Under the pieces are notes generated by a model. That model had not been told where the DNA came from and ran no database searches. It saw only the letters and a program-made list of their open reading frames with translations. DNA of 64,000 nucleotides, from contig JBECUI020000044.1 of the NCBI GenBank assembly GCA_040954595.2, positions 24,070 through 88,069 of the forward strand, given 5' to 3'. This document shows positions 31,170 to 43,766 of the stretch, piece by piece (position 1 is the first letter of the stretch; every line of letters begins with the position of its first letter). A program made the position numbers and the translations under genes. The DNA is from Balanoglossus misakiensis. Taxonomy: Eukaryota > Animalia > Hemichordata.

Positions 31170-34100
31170 CTACCCTTCTTCTAGTAGCCGGTTTTTTATC
31201 AGCTTAAAGTCTATTTTCCCGCTACCTAATTTTGGAATGCTACTGACGATTTTAAGCTCTGATGGGATCAGAAGCGGGCTTGTCCCTGCGTCAAGCATCG
31301 ACTTTCTTAATGCCGAAAATTGAAATTCCTTCGCAACTATCAGTACTATTTTTTCACCCTTTTTATCATCAGGCAAGTTTATGGCGACTAATTCCAAATC
31401 AGATTGATTAAGGATGTTTCGCACAGCTTCTTCTACCGCAGCTAAACTTATCATTTCTCCGCCTAGTTTTGCAAAGCGCGAATAACGGTCTAGTATCGTC
31501 AGAAAACCATCTTCATCCAAATGACCTTTATCACCTGTTTTGTACCAACGCTTGCCTTTTATTGTGACGATACTTTCCCGGGTCTTTTCGGGGTCATGCA
31601 AATAACCCTGCATAATTTGCGGCCCCCCTATCAATATTAGGCCATTTTCACCGACTGCTAACTCTTTAAGTGATTGTGGGTCCACTATCTTAAAACTGGT
31701 GCCCGGCAAAGGCATGCCGACTGTGCCGTGCTTATTGCCGACTTGCAAAGACCAATCATTCATATTGATTGCATTAGGAACATTGACGCTTGCAACAGGC
31801 GCTGTCTCAGTTGTACCGTAGCCTTCATAGACGTCTTTGTTGAATTTGAGCTTAAACGCTTGATGAATATCGGCGCTGAGTTTTTCTGCTCCTGCAACAA
31901 CAATGCGTAGCGATTCCAGCATTAATGGATGGACGTGATGATTATTGATATATAGGCGAAGGAATGTGGGTGTGCCAAATAAAATAGTCGCACGGTATTT
32001 GGAGATTGCTCTAGCAATATTAGCCGAGTCTGTAGGGTCTGCATGGCAAATTATTGGAATGCCCTCAATGATAGGCATAAGCGTTGCGACTGTTAGCCCA
32101 AAGGCATGAAACAAAGGCAGTCCTGCCATGAGGACATCATTGTCTTGAACGTTTAATGTATCCGATACCTGTTTTAAGTTTGTCATAACATTGCGATGAC
32201 TAAGCCTCACACCCTTAGGTGCACTCTCACTGCCACTGGAAAATAGAATTAAAGCAGACGAATCGGGTTTTGCCCTTTTGCAATAAAGCAACTTCAATAG
32301 CCATGCTGGGGCAGCTGTAGCCATTATTATGCTTTGCAGGTATGTCAATTTATCAATCTCGACTTTCATGTCTTCCAAGTAGATATATCGGCTATCGGGG
32401 AAGGCGACCCCAAGCTTGATTCCTCTTTTTGTTAGTCCCTCAATAAATTTGCGAGAACTGTAGATCGTTTTTATCTCTGCTTTGGCTGCCACATGTTGTA
32501 AAGTTTCGCAGTCGGAAGTAAAGTTTAGGTTGACAACCGTCTTGCCCTGAATAATCGCTGCCATGTTAGCGATACAGCCACCGTTACTTGACGGCAACAA
32601 CAAGCCCACGTTTTGCTCAGGAGAATATTTTTTTATTAACCGGGAAAAGCAAATCACAGCTGCTAAAAATTTATTTTTGGCTAAAGGCCCGGTAATGGAA
32701 TCCGTAACCATTAACCTCCCCCTGTCGCAGCTTGCCGAGTCTATGAACGCATAACCGATAGGAGGTAAACTGTCAGCATAGCGCTCCCAAGAATAGAGAG
32801 ATAGATCGAAGATTGTTTTCTTCACAGTTGCAGCTGCAGTGTCAATAGGAAGCGGTTCGCCAAAGGCTACGACAATATCACTTTTCATATTGTTACCGTG
32901 CGGCTTCTTTAGTTTTTTGTTGGAGTATGAAAACCCGTTTCCCCATAAACCTCGCAGATGAAATGGAAGGATAGTCGCATTGACATGTTTTACCGCTTTT
33001 TCAAAACCATTTTGAAATTTTGCCAATTTCCCAGTTCGGCTTATTGTGCCTTCGGGAAACAAACAGACCACATTGCCGTCGTTTAGGGTTTGATTAATTG
33101 CCTTTAGTGATGAATGTGTTAGGTTTGTAGAAAGCGGGATGACATTGAGGGTATTGAGAAACCATTTCAGGTGCCAACGCTCGTAAATACTGCGAACCAT
33201 AACGAAGCGGATAGGTCGCGGTGAAGCCACTTGAATGATGCCCCAGTCGATCCAGCTGATATGATTCCCCAACATCAACACCCCTCCTTTTTCAGGTAAG
33301 TTTTGCAGTCCCAATACTTGGAGTCGGTATCGGCAACCGATGATATGGCTAATGATGAAACGAACTAACGACTGCGGCAGTTTCCAGATAGTGAAAATAG
33401 TGTTGGCAAGAATCGCCAAAAATAATAATGAAAATATGCCCGCACTGCTTACGTTACATAGGGAAAGTAAGATCGCTAACCCAAGAAAAATTAGCATGAC
33501 AGTACTCTGTATTAGATTATTACTTGCAAGAATGCGCCCTAGCTCATCTCCTCTTGCATGAAATTGTATCAAGGCGTTTAAGGAAGTAATGAGAAACCCG
33601 CCAAATAAGCCCCAAGCTAAAAAATTGATTGCCTGTAAATATATATGGTTAAGATTGGGCAAAATAAATATACAAAACGTGATGCCGATTAAGCCGATTG
33701 GAATCATACTTGTTTCGATGTGTGTTTTTGAAACACACCCTGTTATGATTGATCCCAACATAATGCCTATGCCTGCAAATGCCATTGTCCCCTGAATAGC
33801 AACGGTATTAGTGATGTCCATTGCATCTTTGGCATAGGCAGGAAATGTTGTTAGCATCACTTGTGATATTGCCCAAAATACGGATAACCCAATAACGGAC
33901 AAGAGAATGACATTGTTACTTTGCACCGCACGTATATTTGTTTTGAGATACAGGCCTTTTCTATATGCCTCCCACTTAAATATTAATGTCTTGTTGGGGG
34001 ACTTTTTCTGCGGCAGGGTATAGGCGAAACCTAGTTCAAACAGACTAAAAATGACCAATCCCCAGCCAATGGGCGCGATGCTTTGTAGTAACGTGGATGG

Positions 34101-34618
34101 ACTGTCATAGTTTACGCCTGCCAGAAACCCCTCAAACAATATTGAGAACACAAAAAGACCAGATAAAATGGCAGCTGTTGTCGTTGCTTGCACCAAGCCG
34201 TTTGCCCTAGCCAAACATTCTTTCCCAGCTAGTTCTTTGATATAGCCGTATTTGGCAGGGAATAAAACGCGCTTTGTACCGCCAAAACAAAAGTCATTGT
34301 AAGAGCAGGCCAAAACCAGCCTAAGTAATAAAACAAGGTAATGCATAACGTTATGATGACAGCTATCCAAGCACTTAATTGCAGCACTTTATTTCTGGGA
34401 AACCTATCTGAACAGAAGCCGGCGGGCGATATGATTAATATAAAAGGCAAAAGAATAAGTGCGTTGACAACAGCTGTTAAAACGATCTGCTGTTGCCCTT
34501 CATAGACTTTGAATAAGGTGTTTTGAATAATGATCTTATGCCCTAAATCGACAAAGGCATTGAGAAATACCACTACAAGATAAGGCAAGAATCCCGGGAG
34601 ATTGGATAAGGAGGTCAA
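31170..34618 (-). CDS. aas: MFS / acyl-ACP:phospholipid acyltransferase / acyl-ACP synthetase fusion (frameshift near 34260)
   Basis: MFS N-terminus FLNAFVDLGHK, acyltransferase motifs NHISWID and FPEG, adenylation motifs FSSGSESAPKG, EGYGTTE and YKTGD. Confidence 0.9.
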
Positions 34619-34716
34619 GAATTTACCTCATAGTTATTATTTGGATTGGCGATGATTGTAAAGTTATAAAAATGGCCCGTTTAGCCAGATATTATTCTTA
34701 GCTAAGCACACTTGTT

Positions 34717-35301
34717 TCATTCTTTTAATTCCAACAACATAAAATCTACATTGTTTTTCCATAATTTAGAACGTTCCAGTTGCAATTTATCAGGGTCTTT
34801 ATACGGCCCAATGCGAACACGATAACGAACATCTTGGCCGTTTATGACAACTCGTTGAATGTTTGCGCTTACCCCTGTTAAGGCGAGTTTTGCTTTCATC
34901 TTATCGGCGGTCTCAAATTTATTAAATGACCCGACCTGAAGTATAAACAAGGCAGGCTGTTGTTCTTTCTTTTTGTTTGTATCTTTATATGAAATAGCTT
35001 CCCATTCGGATAGACTGGCTTCTTTGCTGGGCAATATCTTATAAAAATCGAATTGTGGCTTATACAATTCTATGGCATCCCCATCCGCCTCATCAGGTTC
35101 TTTATTTTTGACTGTAGTATTCTCCTCCGGCAATGAAGTAGCTGTCTTTGGCATGTCATGAGCGATATTATTAAAATAGAATATAAGCGCCACTGACAGC
35201 CCTATTGCTAATCCGCTAAGAAAAGAAAGCGATTTTTTGAAATAAGTTGCCAACAGATTATGCGGCTTTCTTCTGCTGGCATGTTTATAGTCTCTCGGCA
35301 T
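34717..35301 (-). CDS. ftsN: SPOR-domain cell division protein (FtsN-like)
   Basis: MPRDY, TM helix, FDFYKILP, LQVGSF and YRVRIGP; downstream of argS. Confidence 0.8.
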   Translation of the reverse strand: MPRDYKHASRRKPHNLLATYFKKSLSFLSGLAIGLSVALIFYFNNIAHDMPKTATSLPEENTTVKNKEPDEADGDAIELYKPQFDFYKILPSKEASLSEWEAISYKDTNKKKEQQPALFILQVGSFNKFETADKMKAKLALTGVSANIQRVVINGQDVRYRVRIGPYKDPDKLQLERSKLWKNNVDFMLLELKE

Positions 35302-37047
35302 TTACATAGCCTCCGGAGAAATCCACACCTAACACGGTCAGCCATTTTGTATAACCCATCTTGCCGCTTCTATTAAAGCGAGCCTAGCCCCTCTTATGGC
35401 ATGATCTTCAACTAGGAATCGATTGGCATTGTAGTAGGCGTGGAAATCGTTAGCCAGATGCTGTAGATAGTAAGCAAGCTGGTGTGGTTCGTAAGCAAGC
35501 GCTGCACTTTCTATGATGCCGGGATAGCGAGAAAGCGTTGCGAGCAATTTTATTTCATATGGTTCTGTAAGCACCGATAAATTAGATAGTGCTTGGGTTC
35601 TATCATAATGACAGCCTTTCTCTGATATTTGCTGAAATACGCGACATATTCTTGCATGGGCATATTGTATATAATAGACCGGATTGTCACTCGAGGTCGA
35701 TTTAGCTAGCTCTAGGTCAAAGTTTAAATGTTGATCGCTCTTTTTCATTATGTAGAAAAATCGCGCGGCATCTCTGCCTACCTCACTTTGCAACCCCCTA
35801 AGAGTGACAAACTTTCCCGAGCGTGTGGACATTTGTATTTTCTCTTTCCCTCGATAGAGGGTTGCAAATTGTACAAGCAGAATCTCCAGAGAATCTTGGG
35901 TAGCTCCGAGCGCTTTTATCGCCGCTTTTATCCTTGCTATGTAACCATGATGATCAGCTCCCCATATATTGATAATCTTTTTATAACCGCGCTTAATTTT
36001 TTCGTGATGATATGCAATGTCGGAAGCAAAATAAGTTGTTTCCCCGTTCTTTCTTACCAATACCCCTGTCTTTTTCATCACCTAATTTGCTAGAACGGAA
36101 CCATAAAGCCCCTTCTTTTTGATAAGTCCACCCTTCTTTAGTTAGGTTAAGAATGCATCTGTTAACCGCCTCGTTTGCCAGCAATGAACATTCCGAGAAC
36201 CAAGTCGTGAATTCAATACCGAAGTCATGTAGGTCGTTTTTGATATCACCCAAAATTGACTCCAAGCCTGCATCAAAAATAATACGATAATCTTTTTCGC
36301 CAAGCTCATCGATGCAGTATGTTATTAACCTCCTGATTGTTGTTTCATTATCTTCGTCGAGCAAAGCCAGTGCCGTTTTGACGGGTTTAACGAATCTTGC
36401 AGCATAATCCTTATGTAATGTGGTCGCTATATCACGAATATAATCGCCGTGATAAATACCGTTTGGGAAAGGGGTCTCCTGATCGTAATGCTGTAGATAG
36501 CGCAACCAAATGCTCACCGTCAGGATATCCATCTGATGACCTGCATCATTTACGTAATACTCGCAGTCTACAGTAAAACCAGTCTTTCTAAGTAAGTTGG
36601 CAACGACTGCACCATATGCAGCACCGCGTCCATGCCCAATATGCAATGGCCCCGTTGGATTTGCGGAGACGAATTCAAGTAAAGTAGGCATGCCTGCGCC
36701 AATATCGGAATCTCCGTATTGTTCTGCTTTATCTAGGATTTCAACGATAGTGGATTGGTACGCGCTGTCTCTTATAAAAAAATTGATAAAACCAGGGCCT
36801 GCAATTTCAACACGCTTTAATATGTCGGCGTCAGGAAGATGACTGATGATGTGTTTGCTAATTTACGCGGAGAAGCTTTGGCTGCCCCGCTCAAAACCAT
36901 AGCAATATTAGAAGAGAAGTCGCCATGTTCTGGGGCGCGCGCAGTTTCAATCTTTATATTAAATTGCGTGATCGCAGGTATTATCTCTTTAGAGAGGAGT
37001 GTTCTTAGAGAAGAGGCGAGCAGTTTCTTTATTTGTTCTTCTAACAT
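35302..37047 (-). CDS. argS: Arginine--tRNA ligase (multiple apparent frameshifts)
   Basis: Motifs [38 protein letters not shown] and [12 protein letters not shown] across frames. Confidence 0.93.
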
Positions 37048-37074
37048 TATTTATGTGTTTTTTTAGTATGTAAT

Positions 37075-39109
37075 CTAAGTTATATCTTGTGGATCGATAT
37101 CCAAGGACCAACGCACCTTCTTTCCATCCTTTGAGTTTTCCAATTCCAGTAACCATTCGTCTAAATAGGCGTGCAAGATTTTCTGCTTGCCGATTGTATA
37201 ACCAGTTGGTAACGATAACGCCCACTACGCTTTTCAACCAGAGCGGGAATAGGACCAAATAATGATAATGTTTCTTTGTCTGCGATTTGAGTTAGTTTTG
37301 AGGCGGCATTTTTTATGAATCTTCTTACATTATCAACATTATGCTCTTCGGCTTTCAAAAGAGCCATATAGGAATAAGGAGGCAATGAGGCGCTGCTCCT
37401 TTCATGTAAAAGAGATTGAGCAAAATCATAATATCCGGACCGAATAAGCTTTTGGAATAATGGATGTTTAGGGTTGTATGTTTGCACCACAACAACGCCT
37501 TCTTTATGCTCCCTCCCACCACGGCCGCTAATTTGCATGAAAAGTTGGGCTAATCTTTCGCTGGCACGAAAGTCAGTCGAGAATAACCCTCTATCTGCGT
37601 CAACGATACCGGTGAGCGTGATGTTTGGAAAGTGATGTCCCTTCGTAAGCATTTGCGTGCCAATCATAATGTCAATTTTATTGGCTAATATTTCTTCCAC
37701 ATAGTTTTTCATCGCATCCTTTTTTCTTGTGGTATCACGATCTATCCTTAAAATCTTTGCTTTTGGAAATAAATCCGTGAGTATCTCTTCAATGCGCTCG
37801 GTGCCGTGACCTAGCAATAACAACGATGATTGACCACATTTAGGACAACGCCTAATATTTTTCTTGCTTGAATCGCAACGATGACAGGTTAAATAATTAT
37901 TAGATTTTTGATACGTATAAGGATATTCGCATCGTTTACATGTGGCGTTCCAGCCGCAGTAATGACAATATAAATGTACTGCATAACCTCTGCGGTTTAG
38001 AAATAACAGCACTTGATTTTTGTTGTCTAAATGTTTGGCGATGTCGTCAATTAATGCCTGCGAAAGAGGGCCATACATTTTGTTGCCGCGTATGTCTAAT
38101 AACCGATATTTTGGTGGCTTTGCATGACCTGCCCTAGAAGGTAAGACTAAACGGCGATAACGATTTTTCTTTACGTTATAAAGCGTCTCAAATGAAGGTG
38201 TTGCCGAACTGAGTATCGCGGGTATCTTATCACGTGTTGCCCGAGTGACTAGCATATCCCTTGCTGAATAATGAAAACTATCTTGTTGTTTGTAAGAGAG
38301 GTCATGTTCTTCATCAATAATATAAAGCCCCGGATTGCAAGCGGGAGCCAAATAGCAGAGCGTGTCCCCAGCACTATTTTGGCCTTACCTGTATTAGCCG
38401 CATACCAGTGTTTTGCCCGTTCAAGTTCAGTCAGCGCCGAATGTTGTATCGCTATATCAGTATCAAAGCGACTTTTGAAGCGCTGTATTTGTTGGTATGT
38501 CAGTCCGATTTCAGGCATAAAAACAAGACATTGTTTCCCCGCCTTTATGACAGCCTCTATCACAGATAGATAGACCTCGGTTTTGCCGCTACCAGTTAGC
38601 CGTCAAGAAGAAATATCTCAGTACCATTTACCGCCACCTTTTTTAATATTGTTGCAATGACTGATTGTTGATCTTTATTTAATACGAAAGGAGGTTTTGT
38701 GATATCTATCGGCTTATTGAAAAGCTTATCAGAGCCAAATTTCTGTTGTAATTTTTCTAATGTATTTCCCTTTCTTTAGCCATGCTGGTAACGCCCCAGT
38801 CATTACTTTTCCTATTGGGTAGTGGTAGTAATTACTTGCCCAGATAAGAAAATCCATGTGCTTATCGCTTAATATAGGCTGTTCATCAATGATGCGCTCT
38901 ACTTTTCTTAATTTGTTTTGCGGACAACTGTTTTTTTTTGGTTATTGCCACTAAGATTCCACCATTTTCTTATTTCTAAAGGGCACTAATACACGTACCC
39001 CGGGACGACAATGGTCAATTTTATGGGGGTCAGGCGGAAGATAATCAAACAGATGTCGCAATGACACTGCTATAGCAACACGTAAGATAACGAAATCTTT
39101 TATGGTCAT
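37075..39109 (-). CDS. priA: Primosomal protein N' (multiple apparent frameshifts)
   Basis: Motifs LFDY, GSGKTEVY, PEIGLT, DEEHD, LNRRGY, CxxC pairs and terminal RWSLDIDP. Confidence 0.92.
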
Positions 39110-39158
39110 ATAGTTCCTGGGGGTATAGAGCTTGAAGGTTAGTAGCGCGCCTATATGT

Positions 39159-41610
39159 TTATGCCGGTTGAATAAAAATCTTATTCAAAATATTTCTGAG
39201 ATGGGCACCACTTTTTTCGCAGGATCCTGTAAAGGCGCAGTTTTCTTGTTTCATCCCAGCATCCTGTTTTGGTGCTTTCTCTGATCTAAATACTTCAAAG
39301 ATAGCGTTGGGGTTATCGGCATTCGCAATTTGCCCAGTTATCGGTTCAATACGCACATTGACAAGATCATTCGGCCTTTCCATAACCGAACTTGGTACAT
39401 CCTTAAGAGCAATCTTCATATAATCGATCACATAGGAAGAGCAGCTCGCGCACCTGTTTCACGATTGCCAAGCGGTTTAAAATCATCAAATCCAACCCAG
39501 CTTACCGCAACAATCTTAGAATTAAATCCTGAAAACCAAGCATCACGCTGATCATTTGTCGTGCCTGTTTTACCTGACAGGTCGGTACGATTAAGTTTCA
39601 AGGCGCGCCTTCCCGTACCGCGTTTTATAACGTCTCTTGTCATTGAGTTCATGATCCAAATATTGCGTGCATCAATAACACGAGGAGCGTATTTTGAGTC
39701 GTCCTCTTCGTTTGTTTGAGTAATCGTACCCTCCGTTTCTGCTCACTGATAGTGGGCATACCTTGTTTATCGTTGATGCATGTATTGCACACTATCGTCG
39801 GCTCGGCTCGGAAAATGATTTCGTTATTATGAGTGCTAATTTCATTTATGTAATAGGGCTTAGTTAGAAAACCACCGTTGGCAAAGACGCTGTAAGCCGA
39901 TGCCATTTCCCATGGTGTTACCTCCGCGCTTCCGAGCGATAGTGATAGGTTACGCGGGAATTTATCAATATCGAAACCAAATTTTTAATATGTTCAAGCG
40001 CAAAAGGGATCTTTATTGAATGCAATAATCTTACAGATACTAGATTTCTGGAATGGACTAGGGCATCACGCATTCGAGTAGGGCCATAGTTTTTGCGGCT
40101 ATAGTTTTGCGGTCTCCATAGATCTTCAGCACCCGATTCTGCAGAAACAAAAGGGGCATCATTGATAAGGGTGGCAGCAGTCTTGCCTGCCTCGATGCCG
40201 CGGAATAGATAAAAGGCTTGAATCCTGACCCAGGCTGTCCTCTTTGCTTGGGTGACATGATTAAATTTATTTTTATAGAAATTAAAACCGCCTGTTAGCG
40301 CTAGGACAGCGCCATCATTTGGTGAAAGAGATACTAATCCGCCTTCTATTTCCGGTATTTGAGAAAGTTCCCAGCCTCCAGTATCGATTTCGATAAGGCG
40401 GACCACGTCTCCTATATTTAGTATCTTTCCTGCTGTTTTAGGGCTACTGCCAAGCTGGTTTTCCGCAATGTATTTTCTTGCCCATGATAAGCCTTCCCAA
40501 GCAACCTCAACTTGACCAACCCCTGAGATAAACGCATTTATGGAGTGCTGTTTGATGAGTAACGATTGCCGGATAGAAATTGCCTATAACCTGAAAGCCT
40601 TTGAGTAACTCGCAAGCTCCTCCTCACTTTTTTGATTACTGTTATTGAAATGGTGTTCAGTACCGCGATAACCATGTCGTTTATCGTAAGCAAGCAACGC
40701 ATTTCTTAATGCATAATTAGCCGCGTTTTGATTCGTATCCCTAATGGTCGTTATGACGATAAGACCGTCACTGTAAATTGTATTACCGTATTCTTTAAGC
40801 AGTTTGGCTCTAACCATTTCAGCTACATAAGGCGCCTCGATATCTATGGGCGGGGCGTGCAAAGAAGCAGTGATCTTCGCATTTATTGCCTGATTGTATT
40901 CTGCTTCCGAAATATAAGAAAGGGTCCGCATCCTTCGCAAAACATAGTTTCTTCGCATTAAGGCAAGTTTTGGATTAGTAACAGGGTTAGTTTTGGAAGG
41001 TGCTTTAGGAAGTCCGGCAAGCATCGCAATCTGCGGCAAGCTTAGCGCGTTGATATCTGTACCGTAATAGACTTGGGCTGCTGCCCCGACACCATAGGCT
41101 CTTTGTCCTAAATAGATTTTATTGAGATAGAGTTCTAATATCTCGTCCTTGTTTAATTTATGTTCAATCTTAAAGGCGAGAAAGATTTCAAAACAGCTTT
41201 CTAGTATAAGTTTTTTCACGACTTAGAAAAAAATTTCGAGCAACCTGCATAGTAATTGTGCTACCCCCTTGCGTTTTCGAACCTGTTTTTATTAGAAAAT
41301 AGGCTGCTCGCATCATGGCTTGCCAATCGACTCCAGAATGAGTATAGAATTGGTCGTCTTCGGCAGCAAGAAATGCCGCTATCAATTTAGGGTTAATTTC
41401 CTCTATATCAAGAGGTATACGACGCTTCTCGCCAAACTCTGCAATAAGAGATAAATCCGCACTATAAATACGCAAAGGAACTTGAATCTTAATATCCCTT
41501 AATATTTCTATGCTAGGCAGCTTGGGCAGTATGTACCAAGACACGAAGACAGTAGCAATAATACCAAGGAATATTATTGACAGGAGAAAATTAAATAGTA
41601 GTCGTAGCAC
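39159..41610 (-). CDS. mrcA: Penicillin-binding protein 1A (multiple apparent frameshifts)
   Basis: Motifs AAEDDQFY, QGGSTITMQVARN, YLNKIYLG, QPGS.FKP, SRN and GKTGTTND. Confidence 0.93.
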
Positions 41611-41665
41611 GGTTTTTCCAAATACGATTGTTACCTGACTTTAGTTTGCCATCAAGATTTTGAAT

Positions 41666-41966
41666 TTTTAGAATGTAACGTATTACATTAAAAAGAAAAG
41701 CAAACCGCTTGTTTTTTAAATTTCTTTTAGTATAGTATATTGCATGGTTAGAAAAAATGGTTAGAGAAAACTCAATCGAGAACCTCGATACGGCTTTTAA
41801 GTCATGGGTTTGGATTGATTTAGAATGATTACGGAGCGATTACAGTTGAAGCGGTTACGATTGAGAGTAGTTGTTAGGATATCGAATGATTTGAAGATTT
41901 GCATTTTAGAATGTAATGTATTACATTAAAAAGAAAGGCAAACCGCTTGTTTTTTAAATTTCTTTT
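41666..41966. repeat. 63-bp direct repeat (41666-41728 and 41904-41966, 2 mismatches) in the mrcA-pilM intergenic region
   Basis: ttttagaatgtaa[c/t]gtattacattaaaaagaaa[a/g]gcaaaccgcttgttttttaaatttctttt occurs twice, 238 bp apart. Confidence 0.95.
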
Positions 41967-41975
41967 TGGTATAAA
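41909..41975 (+). promoter_or_regulatory. Putative palindromic operator plus sigma70-like promoter for pilMNOPQ
   Basis: AATGTAAT-gt-ATTACATT inverted repeat, then TTGTTT-N17-TATAAA with a TGn extension. Confidence 0.5.
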
Positions 41976-42068
41976 GATAAAGCAAGGGATTAAAGAAAGG
42001 AAAAATTGATTTGCTGATTTACTGAATTGACTATAAATTTTTATTTTAGATAAGGGCATACTAATAAA

Positions 42069-43124
42069 GTGTTTTCATTTAGAAAAAAGTCACCTCCTAT
42101 GCTGGGTATTGATATTAGCGCAACAGCGGTCAAGTTGCTTGAGGTAAGCGAAAGTGGCGGCAAGTACCGCTTGGAGAGTTATGCTGTTGAGCCCTTGCCA
42201 CATGGTTCTGTTTCAGAGAAGACAATCAATAATATTGAGCAAGTCGGCGGGACAATTGCACGGGCAGTTAAGAAAGCGGATACGTCCACCAAGGATGCCA
42301 TTGTTTGTGTTGCAGGTCCATCTGTTATTACCAAGATGATTGTAATGCCATCTGGGTTATCTGATTCTGAGATGGAAAGCCAGATTCAGGTCGAAGCGGA
42401 TCAGTATATTCCATTTCCACTTGAAGATGTTGCAATGGATTTTGAGGTACTTGATGGAACGGCAGAAGGCGATAAGGTCAATGTCTTGCTCGCCGCCTCA
42501 CGCAGTGAAATTGTAGATAATGTGGTTGCTTCTGTAGAATTGGGAGGGCTTATTGCCAAGGCAGTTGATATTGAGGTATTTGCTGTTGAAAATGCGGTCA
42601 ATTTTATGAACAAAAGTCTTGCGGGAGTGCCTGGCAATGTTATTGCCATTGCCGATATTGGTTCTACGGGAACCATGTTTAGTGTTATGGAAAATGCGAG
42701 AGTAGTTTATTCACGTGAAGAGTCATTTGGGGGCGCGCAGTTGACCGAGGATATACAGCGCCATTATGGCTTGTCTTACGAAGAAGCAGGCCAAGCTAAA
42801 AAGCAAGGAGGCTTGCCGGATAATTATGCGTCTGAAATATTAGAACCGTTCAAAGAAAATATGGCTCTTCAAATTGAGAGGTCATTCCAATTTTTTTATG
42901 CCTCAAGTCAAATAGATAAAGTTGATGGTCTTGTTCTTGCTGGTGGTTGCTCGTCTATTCCCGGCATACCCGAATTAGTTGAAGCGAAGGTTGGAGTTAA
43001 GGCGATGGTTGCCAGCCCCTTTTCTAATATGACTGTTTCTCCAAAAATTCCAGTAGCAAAACTTACTAATGATGCTCCGGCAATGTTGATTGCATGCGGG
43101 CTTGCATTAAGAGGAGGGGTTTAG
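42069..43124 (+). CDS. pilM: Type IV pilus assembly protein PilM
   Basis: Motifs LGIDIS, EADQYIPF, ADIG, FGGAQLT and ACGLALR. Confidence 0.95.
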   Translation: MFSFRKKSPPMLGIDISATAVKLLEVSESGGKYRLESYAVEPLPHGSVSEKTINNIEQVGGTIARAVKKADTSTKDAIVCVAGPSVITKMIVMPSGLSDSEMESQIQVEADQYIPFPLEDVAMDFEVLDGTAEGDKVNVLLAASRSEIVDNVVASVELGGLIAKAVDIEVFAVENAVNFMNKSLAGVPGNVIAIADIGSTGTMFSVMENARVVYSREESFGGAQLTEDIQRHYGLSYEEAGQAKKQGGLPDNYASEILEPFKENMALQIERSFQFFYASSQIDKVDGLVLAGGCSSIPGIPELVEAKVGVKAMVASPFSNMTVSPKIPVAKLTNDAPAMLIACGLALRGGV

Positions 43125-43702
43125 TGTCAAAAATTAATTTATTGCCTTGGCGCGAAGCGAAACGCAAAGAATTACAAACGCAGTTTTTTATAGGATTGGC
43201 GGTTGTTGGTGTAGCTGCTATGTTGCTATGGGGAGTTGCCCATTTTTATCATGTGCAGTTGATCGACGCTCAGAATCGCAGACTTGCTCTTATAGAGAAT
43301 CGTGTAGCGGAAGTTGACAAAATGATAGTAGAAGTGAATACGCTTGGGGAGGAAAAGGAACAGTTGCTGTCCCGTATAAGCTCCATTGATCGTTTGCAAG
43401 GCGATCGTTCGTTGATCGTTCGCTTGTTTGATGAGCTGTCAGATAAAGTGCCTGATGGCGTAACGTTAACCAAGTTTGAGAAGAAGGATGATCGGATTAG
43501 TATTGATGGCAAATCGAATGCGAAGGCCTATATCTCGTCTTTTATGACTGATCTTGAGAGTTCTGCATTGCTAGAAAAGCCCGTTCTTAAAGTTGTCAAG
43601 GCTAGTCAAGGCAAGGGTAATGAGAAAGCTTCCAGTAGTTTTACTCTCAGTTTTAAGTTCTTGGAAAAGTCAGAGTCAGAGGAAGGCACTGAACCTCGAT
43701 AG
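43124..43702 (+). CDS. pilN: Type IV pilus assembly protein PilN
   Basis: INLLPWRE motif, TM helix and VPDGV. Confidence 0.93.
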   Translation: MSKINLLPWREAKRKELQTQFFIGLAVVGVAAMLLWGVAHFYHVQLIDAQNRRLALIENRVAEVDKMIVEVNTLGEEKEQLLSRISSIDRLQGDRSLIVRLFDELSDKVPDGVTLTKFEKKDDRISIDGKSNAKAYISSFMTDLESSALLEKPVLKVVKASQGKGNEKASSSFTLSFKFLEKSESEEGTEPR

Positions 43703-43766
43703 ATACATATTTGATAAATATTAGTAGAGAGCAACAACAAGATAGAGGTAAATCAGAGGGCATTTT

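Noticed and set aside
35302-41610. argS, priA and mrcA as true pseudogenes
   Set aside because: They are essential or conserved genes with intact motifs in every fragment; single-base indels point to sequencing error.
41803-41880. Resemblance of the spacer to the oligoribonuclease (WIDLE) or pilM 5' end
   Set aside because: The match is too short to distinguish from chance by eye.
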